From NCBI GenBank assembly GCA_010909165.1, contig MU008174.1, positions 620,001-684,000 of the forward strand: a stretch of 64,000 nucleotides of DNA. The letters are read 5' to 3'. The DNA is from Anthoceros angustus (Eukaryota > Plantae > Anthocerotophyta). Shown here piece after piece: positions 59,331 to 64,000 of this stretch (within the stretch, counting starts at the first letter, position 1; every line of letters starts with the position of its first letter). A program made the position numbers and the translations under genes. Below the pieces are notes generated by a model. It worked only from the letters and a program-made list of their open reading frames with translations, had not been told where the DNA came from and did no database searches.

Positions 59331-60045
59331 AAGATGTCCTTGAAAAATGTAGTAGATAGCCAATCGAAATCCTATTGTTCCGAATGTCATTCTTGGATAT
59401 TCAAGAAGCGCAAAATGTACCTCAAACAAACCTCAAGGCGCATGAATGTCCCACAACTAGGGCAACAATGGTAGTAGTGTTATCTCGGTCCTTTTAATTT
59501 CAAACATCTATCCTAATCAAACTAAAATCCTAATGATTTTCATTTAAAACTAACTATTCTTAATTATGATGCCTTTCGCTATTGGGCTAATATTGGAGCA
59601 TTATCATCTAGAGTTATTGATTTCAAACTAAGTCATGTTAACAATAAACTAATGATCTAAAAGAAGCAAGTAGTGGTCAAGACCAAACACTTCAAAAACA
59701 AAAACAAATATTTATTATGATCTAAAAGAAATAAGTGGTCAGTCGAGATTGATGATAAAGGACACAAGTAATACCCTTGGCTCACTAACTCATAGTAAAA
59801 TCAATCTATAATAACAAAAATGAGTGGTTACCAAAGACCAAGGACCAAAGTAACGAACTTAAATTGCTTATTCATATGAAAAATATTTATCATTATCGAA
59901 AAGAAATAAAGTGGTTATCGAGGACTAAGAGAACTTACTACTATATATGGAGGAGTGGGGATGCCATATTTATTATCTTTGTTTACTCGACTTTCTCAAG
60001 GGCTTATACAATGGCGACAAAGATAGGACTAGGCGTTGCATTTTG

Positions 60046-61557
60046 ATGACCTTGTTTTTGGCTTTGTGCAATGGCATGAACACCAAGCTGAGATTACATC
60101 CATTCCGTGTTTCCATGGAACATTTCCATCGAAACACTATGGTGGGTATGTGGATATAGATGAGAGGAATGGAAGATCTCTCTATTATTATTTTTAGAAT
60201 CAAGGCAATCCTCAAAAGACCACATTGTTCTTGGCTAAACGGAGGACCGGATGCTCTAGCTTTGATGGTTGGATATATGCACATGGGCCATTCAACTTTG
60301 TACCATCCAAGCAACATGGAGGGTTGCCCGATCCGAAATCAATCCAAATAGCTTATCGAAGCATAATGTTATATATTTGGACAACTGGAGTAGGCTTTTC
60401 GTTGAAAACAAATTGATTACAACACTAGCGACACAAAGACCGCCAAGATACCCATGAGTTTCTCTTAAAGTGGTTCATGCTTTTCCTCAATTTCAAGTAT
60501 GTTTCTCTCTTTGCAATATATGTCTTTGTTTTTGTTCTTTACGTGGTATATGAAACTAATAAGCTAATACGGTCTGGTTTATTTATTTGGTTTTGCAGTC
60601 CAACCCTCCTCAGATTTGAGTGGTGAATCTTGGGCGGTGTATATATACCTACTTTGGCAACACAGTTGACATTGGGATTAAAAGGAGTGCATCCAGTCTT
60701 GAACTTGAAAGGTTATGTCGTGGAAATCCTTGGACAGATGATGTATTAGATACCAATTCATATATTCCATGTCTTTATGGCATGGCTTTGATGTCACCTC
60801 AACAATATGAAGTACCAAGACAGATCAGAATAACAGCTTATTTACCGCCATACACTCAAGTGTTTTGCAACATTAACGCAGATTGATGATAGCACTACGA
60901 TATTAATGAGTATAATATCTTACAGCCTTGTTTCCATGATCCGGTACTCGGACATCGATGCGCAACCAACCAAGAAGAATTTGAAAGTGGCCTTCAAATA
61001 AAGTAGTGAAGGCTTCTCGCAACATACAATTTGGCGGGCAGGGGCGTTTGGAATTGAAGGATGCTCTTATTCCACCAAGCTAGAAGCGGGTCCTATTAAT
61101 GCTAAGCGAGTCATCGGGTGATGGTCCGTGTTTTGACGATAGTCTTGCGACAAAGTGGTTGAACAATGACGCAATGGTGCTATTCATGCACAACCCACTC
61201 TATTGGTCAACCATGGGTTTTATGCAGATATCTTAACTTACAACCATGATGCGGGAAGTATGATACCCTTTCACAAAGAATTGACCGAAACCTTAGGTTA
61301 TGTGGCTTTACTATTTAGTGGTGACCATGATTGTAATGTGCCTTACATAGGTACAAGAACATGGATCAAGGATCGGACTATAAGACCATCAAAGCTTGGC
61401 GCCGTGGTATGCCAATCAACAAGTGGTGGCTTTGTAGTAGCATATGATCCGACCTATCTTTTTTATGATTAAAAGGTGCTGGACACGAGTAGCACAATGG
61501 AAACTCATGGAGTTCTTGGCTATGATTCAACGCTGGTTACAAACAAAGGAGCTTTGA
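60046..61557 (+). pseudogene. Serine carboxypeptidase-like (SCPL20/21-like) gene, near full length, frameshifted
   Basis: FPSKHYGGYVDIDE..G, WLNGGP(G)CSS, HGPFNF, intron 60497-60598, SGES.GGVYIPTLA, NLKGYVVGNPWTD, FSGDHDCNVPYIGTRTWI, KGAGH-like. Many 1-bp indels. Confidence 0.8.
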
Positions 61558-61619
61558 ATATAGATTAGAGGTCCAAGGTAGCAAGCATGATATCACTTCT
61601 ATTCGGATAGTTGCTCTAC

Positions 61620-61940
61620 CTAGTAGAAAGTTGAGAACTGTTCCTATTTGTCTGCTGCTCATTCTCCAAAGCAATTGGAACTAATAACAATCAGCAGTAG
61701 CAATCCAACAAAGATGTCTTCCATTTGTGAATCTGATGATTTGTCTTTGGCACAAAATTAAACATGAATTGTACGATACCTAGTACAAAGTTGAGAAATT
61801 GTTCTATTTGTCTGCTGCTCATTCTCCCTAGCAGTTGGAACTAATCACAATCAGCGTAGCAATCCAAGAGCATGTCTTTTATTTGTGACCGATGATTTCT
61901 CTTTGGCACAAAATTAAACATGAATTGTGCGATTGTTGTC
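61620..61940. repeat. ~160-bp tandem duplication
   Basis: ctagta(g/c)aaagttgagaa.tgtt...tttgtctgctgctcattctcc at ~61620 and ~61780. Confidence 0.8.
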
Positions 61941-61941
61941 G

Positions 61942-62340
61942 TCAATGTCGATCCCCACGAACACGACCCATCTATGAACGGTGTACTCGATGTATATCTC
62001 GGACTATAATCTCTCGGTTTCAAGCCTTGACAAGACCTTGGTACCGCTGTGACAGTCATCACACATACGAAGGTTCTTCGTCACTAGCAAAGGCGTGCCA
62101 TCACGTGTGTTGAGGAGCCCAAACGCCAGGCCAATTTCTCGGCATGGCCACACAATGCATCTTCCTTTTCACTCGGACATTGCCTCCGGCACCAACTCGG
62201 TATGCGGCACATGACCTCCGCCCTTGACCTCTCATTCAAGTCGAGCTTTGATGATATTTGTGGTCTCTCCTCCCCAACGGTGAACTCGTGGACTTTGTTA
62301 TTTAGTTCGATGCAGCCCGGCAGCTTCTTCTTATTATGCT
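61942..62340 (-). pseudogene. Isolated DYW:KP domain fragment with DRH C-terminus
   Basis: KKK..GCIELNNKVHEFTVGEER..ISSKL, EKEDALCGHAEKLA, then across frameshifts KNLRM..DCH.GTK, RVHR..DGSCS.GDRH* (stop 61944-61942). No PPR array upstream. Confidence 0.85.
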
Positions 62341-62845
62341 CTAAAAAAATTAGTTTGACTTCAAAGTCCAAGGACACAAGTAATACACTTTGTTCGCTAA
62401 GACATACAAAAAATATCTATGATTATAAAAAGTAGTTGTTAAAGACCAAGGATCAAAGTAAAAAACAATTATGATTATAAAGAAGTGGCGGTTAAGACCA
62501 TGGATCAAAGTAATTGACTTATGTTAAAGACCAAGAATCAAAGTAAAAATATGTATGATTATAAAAAGTGGTTGTTAAAGACCAAGGATCAAACTAATTA
62601 ACTTAACTCGCTTAGACATACATTAACTTATGATCGAAAAGAAACAAGTGGTCATACATTAACTTAGCGGTACCAATACATGGAGGAGTGGGTATACCAT
62701 ATTGATTATGTTTGTTTACTTTGAGTTTCACAAGGGCTTATACAATGACGTCAAAGATAGAACTATGTGTTGCATTTTATATGACCTTGTTTTTGGCTTT
62801 GTGCAATGGCATGAACACCAAGATGACAAATATGTTGCAATTTAT

Positions 62846-63360
62846 ATGAACTTTCTTTTTTTGGCTTTGTGCAATAGCATGAACACCAAAGTAAAATCAC
62901 CCTTGGATGATGAGATCACATCCATTCAAGGTTTCCGCATATTTCTATCAAAACACCATAGTGGCTATGCGGATATAGATGAGATGAATGGAAGATCTCT
63001 ATTACTATTTTATAGAGTCTCCGTGGAACATTTCCATCAAAACATAGTGGTGGCTAGGTGGATATAGATGAGATGAATGGAAGATCTCTCTTTTACTATT
63101 TTACAAAGATATGAAGACAATCCTCAAGAAGACCTGTTGTTCTTCAACGGAGGACACGGATGCTCTAGCTTTGATGGTTGGATATATGCACATGGGCCAT
63201 TCAACTTTGTACCATCCAACCAATATGGAGGGTTGCCAAATTTGGAAATGAGTCCAAATAGCTTATCCAAAGCATTAATGTCATATAGTTTGATATTGGT
63301 GGTAGAGTAGGCTTTCCGTTTTCGAAAACAAAGTTTCATTGCAACACTAGCGAAGATGTC
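62846..63360 (+). pseudogene. SCPL N-terminal fragment (copy in the second repeat unit)
   Basis: Same sequence as 58820-59330; NGGHGCSSFDGWIYAHGPFNF is in frame here. Confidence 0.75.
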
Positions 63361-64000
63361 CTTGAAAAATGTAGTAGATAGCCAATCGAAATCCTATTGT
63401 TCGAATGTCATTCTTGGATATTCAAACGTAACTGCAAAATGTACCTCAAACAAACCTCAAGGCGCATGAATGTCCCACAACTAGGGCAACAATGGTAGTA
63501 GTGTTATCTCGGTCCTTTTAATTTCAAACATCTATCCTAATCAAACTAAAATCCTAATGATTTTCATTTAAAACTAACTATTCTTAATTATGATGCCTTT
63601 CGCTATTGGGCTAATATTGGAGCATTATCATCTAGAGTTATTGATTTCAAACTAAGTCATGTTAACAATAAACTAATGATCTAAAAGAAGCAAGTAGTGG
63701 TCAAGACCAAACACTTCAAAAACAAAAACAAATATTTATTATGATCTAAAAGAAATAAGTGGCCGTCAAGATTGATGATAAAGGACACAAGTAATACCCT
63801 TGGCTCACTAACTCATATTAAAAATCAATCTATAATAACAAAAAATGAGTGGTTACCAAAGACCAAGGACCAAAGTAACGAACTTAAATTGCTTATTCAT
63901 ATGAAAAATATTTATCATCATCGAAAAGAAATAAAGTGGTTATCGAGGACTAAGAGAACTTACTACTATATATGGAGGAGTGGGGATGCCATATTTATTA

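Larger units (their letters stand above)
58395..64000. repeat. ~1.6-kb direct repeat (58395-60000 and 62442-64000, period ~4.05 kb) with an internal aagaccaaggatcaaagtaa subrepeat
   Basis: Near-identical colinear AT-rich sequence; the second copy runs off the window end. Confidence 0.9.

Overview
Gene-dense plant nuclear DNA with short introns. It is most likely a hornwort (Anthoceros-like), inferred from PLS-class PPR genes of both the 'WW' type (KQPGQSWWTD) and the 'KP' type (KKPARAWIE...HAEKLA...CNDCH). Left to right: three tandem minus-strand PLS-PPR-E/E+(WW) paralogues (1-8.6 kb; two frameshifted, one with a ~950-bp internal tandem duplication), KTI12, UDP-GlcNAc pyrophosphorylase, a FANCB-like gene, an inverted-repeat element, an LRR protein, RPL37a with telo-box, a MEKK1-like MAP3K, two intact PPR-DYW:KP genes (candidate U-to-C editing factors; C-termini DAL and DRN), an intronless LACS8/9, then a TE-rich block (gypsy-like LTR, CACTA transposase remnant) and an amplified SCPL/DYW-fragment region. 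The strongest structural observation is at 37-48 kb. Reciprocal inverted duplications of the PPR 3' end and the LACS 3' end bracket a ~5.5-kb segment, the pattern expected from a staggered-break inversion that flipped the second KP gene and replaced the LACS 3' flank with PPR sequence. Many frameshifts are single-base homopolymer losses and may be long-read consensus errors. All calls come from reading the sequence; no database search was run.
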